A stretch of 64,000 nucleotides of DNA from Escherichia phage EJP2: sequence record OQ411014.1. The stretch is one strand, 5' to 3'. Numbering within the stretch: the first letter of the stretch is position 1; the number at the start of each line of letters is the position of its first letter. Both the position numbers and the translations under genes were made by a program. This document shows positions 62,718-64,000 of the stretch, piece after piece. Below the pieces are notes generated by a model that searched no databases, was not told the origin of the DNA, and saw only the letters and a program-made list of their open reading frames with translations.

Positions 62718-63443
62718 ATGGCTAAAACTACTCTAGACCTGAATGCACAACTTCAGCAAGTAATCGAATTCATGACTGTTGTTGGTCAAACTGTGAATAC
62801 TCATGAAACTTACGCAACACCAAAAGTTGCAGACTTCCGTACTCGTCTCATCGAAGAAGAAGTTTTCGGTAAGAAAGAATTAGTTGATTCGATGAATAAT
62901 GATGATGTTGTGGGTGTTCTTGATGGTCTATGTGACGTTCTATATGTAACCTATGGTGCTCTAGCAACCTATGGTCTAGAACTAGACACTTCAGTATCTC
63001 ATCCGGTAGAAATCGCGGATGGTGGTTCTAAGCAGATTTTCAAACACACTGCATTTGAACTAATTCGCTCTATCTCTGGTGCAGTAGAGCAATACAAACG
63101 CGGCGTTGAACTAGGTGACTTCCGCACAATGATTCGTGGTCTTGGTAATGTCATTTTTCAAGTAACTCGCATTGCTGAAGAATACAATATCTCTCTTCAA
63201 GCACCATTCGCTGAAGTTCATGCGTCCAACATGAGTAAGCTATGTACAACCGAGCAGCAAGCAATTGATAGTATTGCTGAACGTGTAGAAGCTAATAACG
63301 ACAAGAGTGCTGATTATATTGGTGCTACTATTGCTCGCGTTGAAGTGAATGGTAAAGAGTACTTTGTTATTCGCCGTGCCTCCGACAATAAAGTACTGAA
63401 AGGTAATGGCTTCTTTGAACCTAACCTAGCTAAGTACGTGTAA
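62718..63443 (+). CDS. MazG-like nucleoside triphosphate pyrophosphohydrolase (possible dCTPase/dUTPase-type enzyme)
   Basis: LIEEEVFGKKELVDSMNNDDVVGVLDGLCDVLYVTYGALATYGLEL fits the MazG EExxE...D...DVL core. Confidence 0.45.
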   Translation: MAKTTLDLNAQLQQVIEFMTVVGQTVNTHETYATPKVADFRTRLIEEEVFGKKELVDSMNNDDVVGVLDGLCDVLYVTYGALATYGLELDTSVSHPVEIADGGSKQIFKHTAFELIRSISGAVEQYKRGVELGDFRTMIRGLGNVIFQVTRIAEEYNISLQAPFAEVHASNMSKLCTTEQQAIDSIAERVEANNDKSADYIGATIARVEVNGKEYFVIRRASDNKVLKGNGFFEPNLAKYV

Positions 63444-63451
63444 TAAAAAAA

Positions 63452-63485
63452 AGGGACATATAAAAAAATATGTCCCTTTTGGGTT
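63452..63485. terminator. Bidirectional terminator between convergent genes
   Basis: GGGACATAT AAAAAAA TATGTCCC hairpin flanked by an A-run and TTTTGGGTTTT. Confidence 0.65.
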
Positions 63486-64000
63486 TTAAAATTTCCACAT
63501 AGATTTTTGAACATCTGAAATAATCGGACTAATATCTGTAACAACTTGTGTTATTTGGTTATTGTCATACTCTCTATTGAGAGTTAGCATAATGTATCCA
63601 ATAACCGAATAACCATCATTGGCAGAAATAGGGATGGTTACTACAGTTTTATATGCAATATGAACATTGGCATTTTGATTACAAGTAAACTCACTACCAG
63701 CTTCAAAAATGTCTTCACATTCTGAACGAATAGCTGTGATGTTTTCATAATGCACTTTGTTCAACAGTATTTCTTGAAAAATACGTTTATTGATGATAGT
63801 ACTGTGTATCTTATCTTCGATTGGTTCTAAACCATTCCGATTTACCGACGCAACACCAATTTGGCCTTTAAACATATCCGATGTTTCGGAATCTTTACCT
63901 TCTGGTACGAATTTGTATAAAACCACGTTGACAACCTCTTCTTGTTGAGCTAGAATATCCGCAAAACGTGAATTGATTATTGCTGTTTCAGCACTTTCAC
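63486..64000 (-). CDS. Hypothetical protein, partial: 5' end lies beyond the window end
   Basis: Minus-strand frame is open from 63486 to the window edge by hand translation; the track start at 63926 is a GTG. Confidence 0.45.
   Translation of the reverse strand, partial: ESAETAIINSRFADILAQQEEVVNVVLYKFVPEGKDSETSDMFKGQIGVASVNRNGLEPIEDKIHSTIINKRIFQEILLNKVHYENITAIRSECEDIFEAGSEFTCNQNANVHIAYKTVVTIPISANDGYSVIGYIMLTLNREYDNNQITQVVTDISPIISDVQKSMWKF

Overview
The window reads as a densely coded, AT-rich segment of a tailed dsDNA phage (myovirus-like) with a T4-type gene set in a non-T4 order. Recognisable genes: portal (gp20-like), prohead protease, scaffold and gp23-family major capsid protein; a gpV/gp5-like central spike and baseplate genes; a tail fibre with HxH repeats plus its assembly chaperone; family B DNA polymerase, primase, DnaB-like helicase, SF2 helicase, gp32-like SSB, UvsX recombinase, RNase H, Mre11/Rad50-like nuclease pair, endonuclease VII, class I ribonucleotide reductase (nrdA, nrdB) and a large terminase interrupted by a LAGLIDADG intein. 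Transcription signals are unusually legible: a near-invariant early-type promoter box TGTGATATAAT recurs about nine times, late genes carry ATAAATAAT boxes, and most operons end in hairpin plus T-run terminators. No rRNA, tRNA, CRISPR array, integrase or transposase was found. The most unusual content is: (1) a roughly 1 kb non-coding island at 10.2-11.2 kb with an array of AGTACTA boxes, an early promoter and direct repeats; (2) the terminase intein with a non-canonical N-terminal junction; (3) a spike protein with an extension past its HxH motif that resembles a degenerate M23 peptidase; (4) probable mobile nuclease genes between capsid and tail-fibre genes; and (5) a repeat protein between nrdA and nrdB. 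All protein assignments rest on motif recognition by eye from the translations, not on database searches.
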